Below, in pieces: positions 19,372 to 30,205 of a stretch of 64,000 nucleotides of DNA. Positions within the stretch are counted from its first letter, which is position 1. Each line of letters starts with the position of its first letter. The DNA lies in contig CALKOM010000117.1 in the NCBI GenBank assembly GCA_938091905.1, positions 1-64,000 on the forward strand, given 5' to 3'. This DNA comes from an uncultured Verrucomicrobiales bacterium. GTDB taxonomy: Bacteria > Verrucomicrobiota > Verrucomicrobiia > Verrucomicrobiales > DEV007. Both the position numbers and the translations under genes were made by a program. The notes under the pieces were generated by a model. That model was not told the origin of the DNA and ran no database searches. It saw only the letters and a list, made by a program, of their open reading frames with translations.

Positions 19372-20217
19372 ATGGACAACCATCCCTTCCTCAAATGCCT
19401 CGCGAACAGCGACATCGCAGGAGCCTCCGCCTGGATAGAAGACCATCCAGACGAAGCCGAGCCGCCTGCTTATAAGGCCCACCCACTGTTACAAGCATTC
19501 GTCGCGTCAAACAATGGACGCCTTCACCAGAAAACGCATTTGCAGATCGCAGAACTGCTCACCCCAGAGCTCGTCTGCGCCTTTCGCGACTCCGTTCTGA
19601 ATGATCAAGTCGATGAAGTCACGCAATGGCTTTGTCAGGATCCAAAACTCACGGAATCCGAGATCACAGCAGGACGTGGCATTGGCCTCGCCATGTATCA
19701 TTGAAAATCCATCGAAATGGCAGAAGTACTCCTGCAAGTCGGCGCCGGAGTCGACTGTCTCAATAGCCTAGACAAATCGCCGCTGACCATGCAGTTGCGT
19801 TTCGGACTGGTCGACGGAGCGCGGTTTCTTCTGGAAAGGGGGGCCAACCCAAATCATGGGCTATCCGCACACCTCCCATCCGATACCATGGCTGCCCGCA
19901 TCGAATTGTTACTTGAGCACGGTTGGGACATCAATCGAGGCCAGCTTCTACACGGCGCCAATCATGGTCATGGGTGTCGCGTCCAGACGTGGTTGAAGTA
20001 TGGCGCAGATCCGAAAATCGCGGATGCGAACGACCAAACCGCGTTGCACTTCTTGGCGGCAAGGGGAACATGCCGTGGCGCCATCCACACATTAGTGGAA
20101 GGTGAAGCCAATATTGGGGCCACCAATGCCGATGGTGACACGCCACTCGATCTGGCACTCAAGGCCGGAAAACAAGTAGCCGCCGAAATGCTGAGAAATC
20201 TAAGCACGAAATCATAG
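19372..20217 (+). pseudogene. Ankyrin-repeat protein interrupted by one in-frame TGA (19702-19704)
   Basis: ORFs 19303-19704 and 19717-20217 are in the same frame (MYH*KSIEMAEVLLQVGA). Ankyrin motifs LLERGANPN, QTALH and GDTPLDLA. Confidence 0.7.
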
Positions 20218-20262
20218 CTCGACATTTCAATACCGTTTCTACCGGGCTTTCGGATTCCCCAA

Positions 20263-20282
20263 GGCGACTTTGGAAGGTCGCC
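20263..20282. repeat. GC-rich hairpin (REP-like or terminator)
   Basis: GGCGACTT-TGGA-AGGTCGCC downstream of the ankyrin gene. Confidence 0.4.
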
Positions 20283-20346
20283 CCACTTACCCACTCAACG
20301 GACTTCAGCTCGCATCTTGAGGAAGAGAGGCTAGTCTTTCCCGATC

Positions 20347-21276
20347 ATGTGGACCCCCCCGCCCCATTGCCTACGCCTTAGCCTCGTGTTAGCAAGCGTA
20401 TTGTGTCTGCCTGGTGCGGGCCTTTGCCAGCAAGGAGGCAACACCGCGAAAACCCTTCGAAAGAAGTTAGCAGCCTTTGCAACCACACTAGAAGCTATTG
20501 CCCTCACCAAGAAGCAGATCAACGCACTTGAATCTGAAAGCTACGCCGAACGACGTGCCGCCATGGCATCGCTAGTCGGAGCCACGGGTTTGCATGACGT
20601 TCTAACAAATTCCGAAGCACGCCTAACCAAGGAAGGGCGTACTGCCCTGAAAGTAATCAGCGAAGCCCAAGCAGAAACAGGTGCAGAAGAGAAACTCCGT
20701 TTTCTCATGCGCCAAGTTCAGACGGAGAAAGTTGCCGGCCTAGCCGACGTCGTCCTCGGAGCGTGGGAAGGACGTGAGGCTACCAGCAGTGAGTCCTCAC
20801 GCTTAAGCCGGGAAGCTCTCAAAGCGACGGTTGAGGCCAAGGACCTTCCCAATCTAAAAGAAGCCCTCACCAGCTCCACGCCATTCGTGCGAGAACTGGG
20901 CTTGATCGGTATCCAAAAACTCCAGGCGCCCCAAGCCGATGTTGCCGCCCTGATCGAGCCCTTGCTCAAAGATCCGCAAGAGACAGTGCGCTTAGAAGCC
21001 GCCGTGGTCGCGGCTTCTCATCAGAACCGAGTCAGCCTGACCACCCTCGCAGGGTTGCTGAAAAGCGAAGTCTTCCATCTCCGAAACCAAAGTCACGAGA
21101 TCCTCGCTTCCATCACCGAACAAGACTTCGGCTACTATTCGGACGGCAATCTCAAAGACCGCCAAACCGCCAGCAACCTCTGGATTCGCTGGGTCGCCAA
21201 GTTCGGCGGGAAGGCCCCAATGAAGTTTGAGGAGATCCAACACTGGCTTCAAGACGGGGACGATTTGTTTGAGTAG
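20347..21276 (+). CDS. Secreted HEAT-repeat protein
   Basis: Signal peptide and LLKDPQETVRLEAA-type HEAT repeats, LASITEQDFGY. Confidence 0.75.
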   Translation: MWTPPPHCLRLSLVLASVLCLPGAGLCQQGGNTAKTLRKKLAAFATTLEAIALTKKQINALESESYAERRAAMASLVGATGLHDVLTNSEARLTKEGRTALKVISEAQAETGAEEKLRFLMRQVQTEKVAGLADVVLGAWEGREATSSESSRLSREALKATVEAKDLPNLKEALTSSTPFVRELGLIGIQKLQAPQADVAALIEPLLKDPQETVRLEAAVVAASHQNRVSLTTLAGLLKSEVFHLRNQSHEILASITEQDFGYYSDGNLKDRQTASNLWIRWVAKFGGKAPMKFEEIQHWLQDGDDLFE

Positions 21277-21293
21277 GTTGTTTCTCCAATTCG

Positions 21294-21363
21294 CGTAGAG
21301 GAACTCGCCAGGGTTCCCGGCGAGCAGCGTCGACTTCCAAAAACTCTGGCGAGTTCTGTTACG
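21294..21363. repeat. GTAG-type REP doublet (REPIN-like)
   Basis: CGTAGAGGAACTCGCCAGGGTTCC and an inverted copy AAAACTCTGGCGAGTTCTGTTACG. Confidence 0.65.
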
Positions 21364-21812
21364 TGGCCCCAAGGCAGAAACTACGATGCATGCCAACGCC
21401 TACCTATCATTGCTCCGTAGTCGAATGCACGTACATCATAATCTCGATATGAGGAAATGTAAATGTCACCGCATCTGATGCCTCGTTCCAAACGACAACG
21501 CTGTGGCTTGATCTCGAGTCGAAGTATGGCCCATTGCTGGGCGCTGTGTCGATTGTCTGGATGGTGTTTCCGAAACGAACGTCTCGAATGCTGAACTCAA
21601 ACCAGTGGCGCGTGTTTTCCCAGAATGATTCCGACCACCATGCCTACGCAGTCGCCTCGTATTTCTTATCTGGCGATGGTAGGGTCTCGCCACTACCCAT
21701 GTGATTCACCGTCACCTGCATGTAGCGAACGCAAACCGCCCCCTAACGCCACGATAACGGCTGCAACCGCCAGACCTTCTTCATAGGAGGCAAACCATCC
21801 TACGTCACGAAT

Positions 21813-23006
21813 CTACCCCTGCGCTTTCCCCAATTTCCAAAGGCGCCCATTGCTGCGCACATAAAGCGCTTCATCCGCAACAGCCGGCGTGCACTGGATC
21901 ATCTCACCAAGATCTACCGTGTGTATCACTTCGCCTTTCTCCTCGCCCAACTGGACGACCTGGAACAAGCCTTTCTCACTGAAGGCGTAGAGGTGGGAGT
22001 CATTAGCCACCGGAGAGCCTCCAATGGGGCCCTCGAGGCGCATACGCCAGACGCGAGCGCCCGATTCGAGGTCGCCACAGGTAAGCACGTTGGCATTTGT
22101 GATGACGAAAACCTTGGCTTCTTGGACTAACGGACTTGCTGTCCCTGGACGCATGCCAGCATTCCGCCAGAGTTGCTCAGACTTGCCGTCCTTCCTTGGC
22201 TTCACCGCAGTGAGACCATTTGAGGGAATGTAGAGATTACCTTGGGCATCGGCAGCACTTGATGGGATCGTCGAAGCCCCTTCATCATAGCGCCACACAA
22301 CAGCTCCAGTCTTGGGATCAACTACATCAACGCCCTTACTCCCCTGAAGGGCAGCGAGTTCTTTGCCATCCGCCCCCTTTACCACAATTGGTGAGGTCCA
22401 ATTTGCTCGCTTCGTACGGTCCTTCTTCCAAAGATTCTTACCAGCTTCGAGCTCGATTCCCGCTGCAAACGATTCACTGTCATTCTCTACATGGGCAATG
22501 AAGACGCCATCAGCGATGATCGGACTGGAGGCAAGCCCCAAGCTGTTGCTGGCATTAGGATAGTCATTGGTAAGGCCGCGTAGCCACAGCACGTTCCCTT
22601 CGAGATCGAGGCAGAAGAGATCATTCGAAGAAAACAGGGCTAAGATTCGCTTCCCGTCGCTGACCGGAGTGGGAGCCGCCACAGCCGTCTTATCGTGACA
22701 CATCGTGCGCCCTGTAGAGAAGAACTGACGTTCCCATACTTTCGCACCATCACTTGCCTTAAAACAGAATACATGGAGCCGCTCCTGGCTTGCGCCGCTA
22801 GAAGAGGTCAAGTACACGTGCTCACCAACAATGATCGGACTGGAGAGCCCCTTTCCAGGTAAATCGAGAGACCAGGCAACCTCGGGCTTCTCAGGAATGG
22901 ATGACTTGGTATAGCCGCTACCACTGGGACCGCGAAATTGTCTCCAGTCTTCAGCAGCGCTAAAGGTGAGGGAGCAAAGGAAAAGGGTAAGAGTAAGTTT
23001 CATCAT
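21813..23006 (-). CDS. Secreted PQQ-binding-like (BamB-like) beta-propeller protein
   Basis: Probable start M(M)KLTLTLFLCSL at 23006/23003. EDWRQFRGP and SSPII repeats. Confidence 0.85.
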   Translation of the reverse strand: MMKLTLTLFLCSLTFSAAEDWRQFRGPSGSGYTKSSIPEKPEVAWSLDLPGKGLSSPIIVGEHVYLTSSSGASQERLHVFCFKASDGAKVWERQFFSTGRTMCHDKTAVAAPTPVSDGKRILALFSSNDLFCLDLEGNVLWLRGLTNDYPNASNSLGLASSPIIADGVFIAHVENDSESFAAGIELEAGKNLWKKDRTKRANWTSPIVVKGADGKELAALQGSKGVDVVDPKTGAVVWRYDEGASTIPSSAADAQGNLYIPSNGLTAVKPRKDGKSEQLWRNAGMRPGTASPLVQEAKVFVITNANVLTCGDLESGARVWRMRLEGPIGGSPVANDSHLYAFSEKGLFQVVQLGEEKGEVIHTVDLGEMIQCTPAVADEALYVRSNGRLWKLGKAQG

Positions 23007-23037
23007 CAGTAAGGTCTGGTATCGTGGACACTCCAAG

Positions 23038-24213
23038 TTAGCTTTCATTCCTGGCTCTAGCCTGTCTGCTAGTAGGCGTCGGCAAGCGATTCGTAGCGAG
23101 AAGTGCTGTTCCTGTCGCATCGCAGACCCGAAGCTGGAACTGCCACTGCACGGTCCAGTCTTCCTCCTGCTCATTCTGACAGAGTTTCACAAGGAGGGTG
23201 TTCTTTCCCTTCTGCAGGTTCACAGGAAGCTGGTATTGATCAATGCGGATACCACGATGATACTCGTCTCGTGCGAAAACGAGCTCGCCGTTCAACCAGA
23301 TCTTCCACGCGTTCTTGCAGCCAAGTCGAAGCTGCGCTGGCTGATCACTGGGCGATTCATATTCCGTAAACGCGTAGGCCGTCACTTCTTTGAGTGGCCC
23401 ATACGCTTTGTTCACATCAACCATGCCGTAGTTGTCCGACGTGGCTAATCTTGACCAGCTTACTTTGCCGGCTTTGCCATCATACTCACCAGTCAAGTCC
23501 ACCCCTTCTTCTGGAGGAAAGACCGTATCAAATCCCTTGCGCTCCGTGTTGTCAAAAGGACCAACGACAGACCAATGCATAAGGAATCCGAAGTGCTTCG
23601 GAAGGTCCACTTTCTGACCGAGTTCCTGCAAGGCCTTCGAAGCGGATTCCACTTGGTCAATGTCCCGTGCCGCCCCCAGAGCTTGACGATAGACAATGGA
23701 AGCGGCGGGCTTCTTCTCCGCCTCCACCATAGCCTCGGCCTCATCTAGCAAACCCGCCACAGCGTCTCGACGCAGCGCATTGCTAGGGTCATTGATCATT
23801 CCAGGAACCAACTTCTGTGCGGTCTCTGGATCGACGCGTTGAATGAGCTCGAACGCCAAACGCCGCGCCCGAGCTTCCTGACGTGTATCCATTAGAAAGG
23901 CACCCAACTGCTCTAAAGGAAGCGCGTTGCCATTCGTAAGCTCTCGATCAACAATCGCCTGTGCCGCCGAAATGAGCCAATTAGAGGCAAGACCATTGGA
24001 ACCATTCATCGCTTCGAGCACAGGCACGACTGAAGTTGCGTCTCCTTGGATAATCTGTTTCCAGGCCGCCGCTGCAGCCTCGTTGCCTTCGCCCTCATTC
24101 TGCACTGCCTTGATGACTTCAATCGCTTCGGAATAGGGAGCTTCTTTTGCAAAGAGGGAGTTTGTAAGCACCGACGAGAGCGTCAGAATAGAAATCGTTT
24201 TAAAAATAGTCAT
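23038..24213 (-). CDS. Secreted hypothetical protein: helical/HEAT N-domain plus beta-sandwich C-domain
   Basis: Probable ATG at 24213 with signal peptide. WSVVGPF, KIWLNG and LQKGKNTLLVK. Confidence 0.78.
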   Translation of the reverse strand: MTIFKTISILTLSSVLTNSLFAKEAPYSEAIEVIKAVQNEGEGNEAAAAAWKQIIQGDATSVVPVLEAMNGSNGLASNWLISAAQAIVDRELTNGNALPLEQLGAFLMDTRQEARARRLAFELIQRVDPETAQKLVPGMINDPSNALRRDAVAGLLDEAEAMVEAEKKPAASIVYRQALGAARDIDQVESASKALQELGQKVDLPKHFGFLMHWSVVGPFDNTERKGFDTVFPPEEGVDLTGEYDGKAGKVSWSRLATSDNYGMVDVNKAYGPLKEVTAYAFTEYESPSDQPAQLRLGCKNAWKIWLNGELVFARDEYHRGIRIDQYQLPVNLQKGKNTLLVKLCQNEQEEDWTVQWQFQLRVCDATGTALLATNRLPTPTSRQARARNES

Positions 24214-24273
24214 GGCAGTCGAATCTAGAGTTTGGCATTGCTCGAATGCCTTTATCTTGAGTAGGGCTTGATC

Positions 24274-25422
24274 ATGAAGCAAGTATCGAGTTGGGCACTA
24301 GTTCTGCTGTTTGGGCTCCATCAAGCCTACGCCGAACGCCCCACGAAGACTCCGGGTTATACGATTCCGATCGTCGATCTGGCAAATGAGACGCACCGTC
24401 AGGTCCTTGTCGATCGTGAGGCCGGCCAGTATCTGGGCCATCCCACGACGGTGCTGTTAGAGGACAATAAGACGATGATCACTGTGTATCCGAAGGGCCA
24501 CGGCAAAGGCGGCATCGTCATGAAGCGCAGCGTGGATGCCGGCCTGACCTGGAGCGGGCGACTGCCTGTGCCTGAGAATTGGGCAACCTCCAAGGAGGTG
24601 CCTACTATTCACCGCGTGGTCGATGCCAATGGCAAGAAACGCCTCATCATGTGGTCGGGCCTTTACCCGGCACGCCTTTCCGTTTCTGAAAATGACGGCC
24701 GCACGTGGTCACCACTGAAGCCCGCCGGTGACTGGGGTGGCATCGTCGTCATGGGGGCCGTCGTTTCTCAGGAGACACCGGGACATTACATAGCACTCTT
24801 TCATGATGACGGACGTTTCTTCACTCAGGTCGCCAAGCGCGAGACCCCTACGAGATTCACCCTCTATCAAACCAACTCCACTGACGGCGGGCTCACCTGG
24901 TCGACTCCTAGGACTCTTTGGACCGGCACCGATGTGCACCTATGTGAGCCTGGCGTGATTCGTTCTCCGGATGGGAAACAGCTCGCCATGTTGTTACGTG
25001 AGAATAGCCGTCGCAAAAATTCCCACGTGATGCTCTCGGAAAATGAAGGCGAGACGTGGTCTGCACCGCGCGAAACCCCAGCCGCACTCACGGGTGACCG
25101 TCATACCGGGCAATACGCTCCCGATGGACGCCTGTTCATCTCTTTCCGCGACACCACTCTGCAAAGCCCCACCAAGGGCGATTGGGTCGCATGGGTTGGC
25201 AAATACGAAGACATCGTCAGAGGTGAAGAGGGACAGTACCGCGTGCGTCTCATGGACAACCACAAGGGTCAAGACTGTGCCTATCCGGGCGTGGAAGTGC
25301 TTCCCGACGGGACCCTGGTCACGACAACTTATGGCCACTGGACGAAGGGCGAAATGCCCTATGTCATGAGTGTGCGACTCAAGTTGGAAGAATTAGATGC
25401 TAGAGCAAAGAAGCTACCATAG
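24274..25422 (+). CDS. Sialidase/BNR (Asp-box) repeat glycosidase family protein
   Basis: Asp-boxes SVDAGLTW, SENDGRTW, STDGGLTW and SENEGETW, plus CEP, R and CAYP motifs. Signal peptide. Confidence 0.85.
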   Translation: MKQVSSWALVLLFGLHQAYAERPTKTPGYTIPIVDLANETHRQVLVDREAGQYLGHPTTVLLEDNKTMITVYPKGHGKGGIVMKRSVDAGLTWSGRLPVPENWATSKEVPTIHRVVDANGKKRLIMWSGLYPARLSVSENDGRTWSPLKPAGDWGGIVVMGAVVSQETPGHYIALFHDDGRFFTQVAKRETPTRFTLYQTNSTDGGLTWSTPRTLWTGTDVHLCEPGVIRSPDGKQLAMLLRENSRRKNSHVMLSENEGETWSAPRETPAALTGDRHTGQYAPDGRLFISFRDTTLQSPTKGDWVAWVGKYEDIVRGEEGQYRVRLMDNHKGQDCAYPGVEVLPDGTLVTTTYGHWTKGEMPYVMSVRLKLEELDARAKKLP

Positions 25423-25479
25423 GATTGCCTGAGCATTCTGCTCGGGTTCCGGCCAGGATGCCGAAACAACATTCGAAAC

Positions 25480-28431
25480 GTGACTAGCAGAACTCAGAGC
25501 CGCCCCTTCTGGACATCGCTGATCCCACCCATGCGGCGCAGCATCACCTGGCGAAGCGTCATGCCGTTGTGCTCATTCCTCGTGGTCTTCCTGACCACCG
25601 TAATCGTTCTCGAGTCTCAGCAAACCGTGCGCTTCTCGCACCGGTGGGTCTTCTTTCTCGTGGGTCTCGCTCCATGGGTGTGGTGGCTTCATCACCAGGG
25701 TTATCACGGCTTGGGCCGAGTGCGCGGTTTGCTCGCACTCGCCTTGAGATTGATCTTGTTAGGACTCTTTCTCATGACGCTGGCTGGGCCTCGCGCCGTG
25801 AGAGAGAACGACGATCTTGCCCTGATCTATGCGCTCGACCTTTCCGACTCGATGAGTCGCCCGGTGCAAGACGAGGCGATCCGTTACATCCTGGAAACCG
25901 CCGGAAGCAAATCAGAGGAAGACTCTGTAGGTCTGGTGCTCTTCGGAAGCGATGCCGCCGTGGAGCTTCCACCACGACAATCGTTCCCCTTTGAGGCGGT
26001 GAATTCGCAGCTCGCCAAGGACGGGACCAATTTGGAGAAAGGTCTCGGCTTGGCTGCCGCTGTCATTCCCGAGGAAAACCCGGGTAGAATCGTGCTGATC
26101 AGCGATGGCACGTCAACCGAGGGCGATGTGACCACAACGTTAGAACAGGTTCATGCACGCGGCATCGCCGTGGATGTCTTGCCGGTAGAAATGAGTCTCG
26201 ACAAGGAAGCCTGGCTAGAACGAATCGATTTACCCACAACCGTGAAAGTCGGCGAGAGCTACGAGGCCAACGTTCTCCTCACAGCCCTCCACCAAGGAAG
26301 TGGAACGCTAATCGTGCAAGAGAACGGCAACGAGATCTTTCGCCAAGAAGTCGATTTCCAGACGGGCAAGAATCGCTTCACACTTCCAATCTACTTGCGC
26401 GAGGCCAACTACTACGAATACACGGCTCGCCTCATCATGCCCGAAGGCGAAGACGGCTGGGAAGGCAACAACGTGGCTGTGAATGACCTTTTCCTTCGCG
26501 GCGAAGGCAAGACCCTCATTGTGACCAATCCGGACGGCGATCCTCGCGATTGGGAGCCCATGGTGCAGGCGCTGCGCGAATCCAATCGCATCATTGAAAT
26601 CAAAGATGCTTACGCCTTTCCCCGCACAGCCATTTCTCTCATGCCTTATGATAGCGTGGTCTTTGTCAACGTGCCCTCAGACGCGTTTGATGCCATTCAG
26701 TTAGAAGCCGTGAAACGCGCTGTCTACAGTCAAGGTATGGGGTTTCTCATGGTCGGTGGCGAGAACAGCTTTGGGCCAGGCGGCTACCATCGCACCCCTA
26801 TTGAGGAGACGTTGCCGGTGTCCATGGACATCAAGCAGAAGAAGATCCTGCCGAAAGGCGCCTTGGTCATCATCCTCCATACCTGCGAATTCGAAGGCGG
26901 CAATACCTGGGGCAAGCGCATCGCCAAGCAGGCCGTCCGAGTGTTAGGTTCCGAAGACGAAGTTGGTATCGTCGACTACGAAGGCGGCAAGGAACAGTGG
27001 ATCTTCCCCCTAACCAAAGTCGATAATTACGAGAGGCTGGCCATGAAGATCAACCAGGCTCAGCCAGGTGACATGCCAACCTTTGCACCCACGATGCAAC
27101 TTGCGTTCGACGCGCTCAAAGTCAATGACGCCGCCATGAAGCACATGATCATCATCTCCGATGGCGATCCCGTGCCCCCGACGCCTCCGCTCGTCCAAGC
27201 ATATGTCGATGGTAAGATCTCAGTCAGTACGATCGGCATTAACCCACACAGACCAAGCGACACGGCCATTCTTGAGTCTATCTCAGAAGAAACGGGCGGA
27301 AGGTATTACGAGCCAAACGATCCCGAGCAGCTCCCTTCCATCTTCATTAAGGAAGCGAAGACACTGAAACGCAGCATGATTCAGAACGAGCCGTTCACCC
27401 CAAGAATCGAATTCCCCTCCCCTGTGTTGAAAGGCATCGATGCCGCTCCCGAGTTGTTAGGCTACGTTCTAACCAGCGCCAAGCCGCGCTCGCATACCAT
27501 TCTACGTGGGCCTGAGGATGAAGAAATCAATCCAGTTCTCTCCACCTGGCGCTTTGGCACCGGCTCCGCTGCGGCGTTCACCTCCGACCTCTCATCGAAC
27601 TGGGGTGCGAGTTGGATGCGTTGGGACAAATATCGTGCTTTTGTCAGCCAACTCCTAACCGAGATCTCACGTGGCGAAGAAGAGAGCGATCTCCACCTCC
27701 AGGTATCGGCATCTGGAAATCAAGGGATCATTTCGGTGGAAGATCACCATGACGAGCCTGGCTTCATGGAAGTGCAAGCACGCGTCATAGGTCCCGATGA
27801 TCGCGAGGAAGTCGTCACCCTCAGCCAGGTGGCACCGCGACGGTATCACGCCACCTTCCCGCTCTGGGGCACTGGACGCTACCAGGTGCTCGCGGCTGGA
27901 GCGGGAGCCGGGCGATCAGACAAGGCCATCTCCAGTTTGCCGGTCGCCTATTCTCCAGAGTATCTACAGCTGCAGTCCAATACGAAAGCCTTGAAAGATA
28001 TCGCTGAGCGAACCGGTGGGCGCGTGCTAACTGGTCAAGAAACAGTCCTATTCGATTTCGAACGGGTGACCAAAGAGTCTTCTCGCGCCGTAATCGACAG
28101 GTTTCTCATCCTGCTCGCGTGCCTCGTGCCGCTTGATGTCGGGCTGCGTCGTGTTCAGTTAGACTTCAGTGTGATTAAAGGTTGGTTTAGCCGCAAGAAA
28201 GCAAAGGAATCCTCGGGTAAAACGATGAGCGCTCTCCTCAAGCGCAAGCAGGCAGCCGTGCCCGAAACACGCCGCGAGCTAGCTCGCAAAGCGATCGTAA
28301 AGCCCGCAAACAAGGAAGCCAAACCAGCTCCTACAACTGAGCCCGCTCCCAATGACGAGAGCAACCTATCGACAACGGAACGGTTGTTAGCACGAAAGCG
28401 CCAGCGCGAAGAGGAACGCAGTGACGATTGA
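25480..28431 (+). CDS. Membrane protein with two VWA domains and class-I GATase-like domain
   Basis: MIDAS DLSDS, VLISDG, LMVGGENSFGPGGY..EETLPV, IIISDG and TM segments at both ends. Confidence 0.85.
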   Translation: MTSRTQSRPFWTSLIPPMRRSITWRSVMPLCSFLVVFLTTVIVLESQQTVRFSHRWVFFLVGLAPWVWWLHHQGYHGLGRVRGLLALALRLILLGLFLMTLAGPRAVRENDDLALIYALDLSDSMSRPVQDEAIRYILETAGSKSEEDSVGLVLFGSDAAVELPPRQSFPFEAVNSQLAKDGTNLEKGLGLAAAVIPEENPGRIVLISDGTSTEGDVTTTLEQVHARGIAVDVLPVEMSLDKEAWLERIDLPTTVKVGESYEANVLLTALHQGSGTLIVQENGNEIFRQEVDFQTGKNRFTLPIYLREANYYEYTARLIMPEGEDGWEGNNVAVNDLFLRGEGKTLIVTNPDGDPRDWEPMVQALRESNRIIEIKDAYAFPRTAISLMPYDSVVFVNVPSDAFDAIQLEAVKRAVYSQGMGFLMVGGENSFGPGGYHRTPIEETLPVSMDIKQKKILPKGALVIILHTCEFEGGNTWGKRIAKQAVRVLGSEDEVGIVDYEGGKEQWIFPLTKVDNYERLAMKINQAQPGDMPTFAPTMQLAFDALKVNDAAMKHMIIISDGDPVPPTPPLVQAYVDGKISVSTIGINPHRPSDTAILESISEETGGRYYEPNDPEQLPSIFIKEAKTLKRSMIQNEPFTPRIEFPSPVLKGIDAAPELLGYVLTSAKPRSHTILRGPEDEEINPVLSTWRFGTGSAAAFTSDLSSNWGASWMRWDKYRAFVSQLLTEISRGEEESDLHLQVSASGNQGIISVEDHHDEPGFMEVQARVIGPDDREEVVTLSQVAPRRYHATFPLWGTGRYQVLAAGAGAGRSDKAISSLPVAYSPEYLQLQSNTKALKDIAERTGGRVLTGQETVLFDFERVTKESSRAVIDRFLILLACLVPLDVGLRRVQLDFSVIKGWFSRKKAKESSGKTMSALLKRKQAAVPETRRELARKAIVKPANKEAKPAPTTEPAPNDESNLSTTERLLARKRQREEERSDD

Positions 28432-28462
28432 CAGCCACGGCGAGGATCGGCATAGAAGAGAC

Positions 28463-30145
28463 ATGTCAGAGTCGCCCAATTGGAATAGTAAACAACTCAC
28501 CCGTGGTTGGCAGAAAGGCCTCCGAGCCTTCTATTGGGGGCTGGGTTTCTCAGAGGAAGATTTCGACAAGCCACAAATAGGCATTGGCATTCCGTTAGTC
28601 GAAGGCAATCTTTGCAACGTCCACGCTTATGAACTTGGTTCTGCGATCAAAGAGGGCTGCTCCGAAGCCGGTCTCATCGGCTTCCCGTTCGGCGTCCCTG
28701 GAGTGAGTGATAATCTCACTCAAGGGCTTGAAGGCGGCAACGCGTCCTTGCCCTCACGGAATGTCATCGCCAATGGGGCAGAGATGGTGACGAGCGCGCA
28801 TTGCTACGATGCCCTGGTCGGATTGCACCATTGCGACAAGAATGGACCTGGCTTCGCCATTGCCCTAGCGCGTTTGAACTACCCAGGGCTCCTCGTCAGT
28901 GGTGGCAGCATCGCCCCGGGCTGCCACAAGGGGAAACCCATCACCATTCTCGATCCTTATGATGCCCAAGCAGCCGTCTCTATGGGCAACATGGCCGAAG
29001 CGGAGGCAGACGAGATCATTCGTCACGCCTGCCCGGGGCCTGGAGGTTGTGGCATCGCGGCCTCTTTCAATACTTGGGGCATTGCCATGGAAGCCATCGG
29101 CTTGATGCTCCCTAGCAGTTCGTCAAATCCAGCCGTCGGCAATGACAAGCGTGATGAATGCGGTCATGTCGGCAAAGCGGTGCGTCGTTTGCTCAAGAAG
29201 GGCATTCGCCCACGCGACATCCTAACAAAATCGGCTTTCACCAACGCAGTCACGACCATCGCCGCAATCGGAGGGTCGACCAATGGCATCCTTCATCTAC
29301 TCGGACTTGCCCGCGAAGCTGGTGTTGAGTTTACGCTAGCAGACATTCAGCCTATTCTCCGGCGCACTCCCGTGCTGTGCAACTTCGCCCCGCGTGGATC
29401 ACAAACTATGATCGATCTCCACCGCCTGGGTGGGACGCCGCTCTTGCTTGCTCATTTGTTAGAAGGCGGCCTGCTCGACGGGAGTTGCCTCACGGTGACT
29501 GGCAAGACGTTGGCTGAAAATCTAGCCGGGCAACCCAAGGTCGAGGAAGACCAGGTCTTAATCGCTCCTTTAGACAAACCGTTCAAAGATTATGCCGACA
29601 TGCAAATCTGCTTCGGCAACCTCGCGCCCGATGGCATGGTCTTCAAAGTCTCAAGCATGGCCGAAGCCAACTTCGAAGGCACCGCCGTCTGCTTTGACAA
29701 TTCCAATGACATCGTCACGGCGGTGCAAGAGAAGCGCGTCCAGCCAGGCTCTGTCGTAGTCCTGAGAAATCTCGGACCCGTCGCCAGTGGCATGCCGGAG
29801 GTACTTATCGCCACCTCCATACTCTCCGTGCCCGAACTCGATGGCCGAGTCGCTCTCATTTCCGATACCCGTGTGTCGGGAGTTTCCCATGGGGCCATCG
29901 GGGTTCATTGTGCTCCCGAAGCTGCCGTCGGCGGTCCCATCGGCTTGGTCGAGGACGGTGACACCATTTCTTTCGACCTGCTGAAAGGCGAGGTCCGAGT
30001 CCATGTCGACGAGGTAACGCTGTCGACTCGCGCCGAGAAGCATTCGTTTGAAATGCCCAAGCATGCGCGGACTTACCTTGCAGATTTCGCCGCCACCGTC
30101 TCGCAGGCGAACGACGGCTGCGTTAGCAAGAATGCGCTGAATTGA
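28463..30145 (+). CDS. ilvD: IlvD/Edd family dehydratase (dihydroxy-acid dehydratase-like)
   Basis: CNVH, CDKNGPG, CPGPGGC, GGSTN, GMPE, DTRVSG and GVHCAPEA. Substrate is uncertain. Confidence 0.8.
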   Translation: MSESPNWNSKQLTRGWQKGLRAFYWGLGFSEEDFDKPQIGIGIPLVEGNLCNVHAYELGSAIKEGCSEAGLIGFPFGVPGVSDNLTQGLEGGNASLPSRNVIANGAEMVTSAHCYDALVGLHHCDKNGPGFAIALARLNYPGLLVSGGSIAPGCHKGKPITILDPYDAQAAVSMGNMAEAEADEIIRHACPGPGGCGIAASFNTWGIAMEAIGLMLPSSSSNPAVGNDKRDECGHVGKAVRRLLKKGIRPRDILTKSAFTNAVTTIAAIGGSTNGILHLLGLAREAGVEFTLADIQPILRRTPVLCNFAPRGSQTMIDLHRLGGTPLLLAHLLEGGLLDGSCLTVTGKTLAENLAGQPKVEEDQVLIAPLDKPFKDYADMQICFGNLAPDGMVFKVSSMAEANFEGTAVCFDNSNDIVTAVQEKRVQPGSVVVLRNLGPVASGMPEVLIATSILSVPELDGRVALISDTRVSGVSHGAIGVHCAPEAAVGGPIGLVEDGDTISFDLLKGEVRVHVDEVTLSTRAEKHSFEMPKHARTYLADFAATVSQANDGCVSKNALN

Positions 30146-30205
30146 TTGCCAAGCAGTCGCATCCCGTTGACGACTCGCCATCCTCCCGACATAGTTGTGG
30201 AACTG

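Noticed and set aside
21370..21810. Possible small gene(s), including a Cys-TGA in one frame
   Set aside because: No recognisable family, redox motif or SECIS-like hairpin. At most an unidentifiable remnant.
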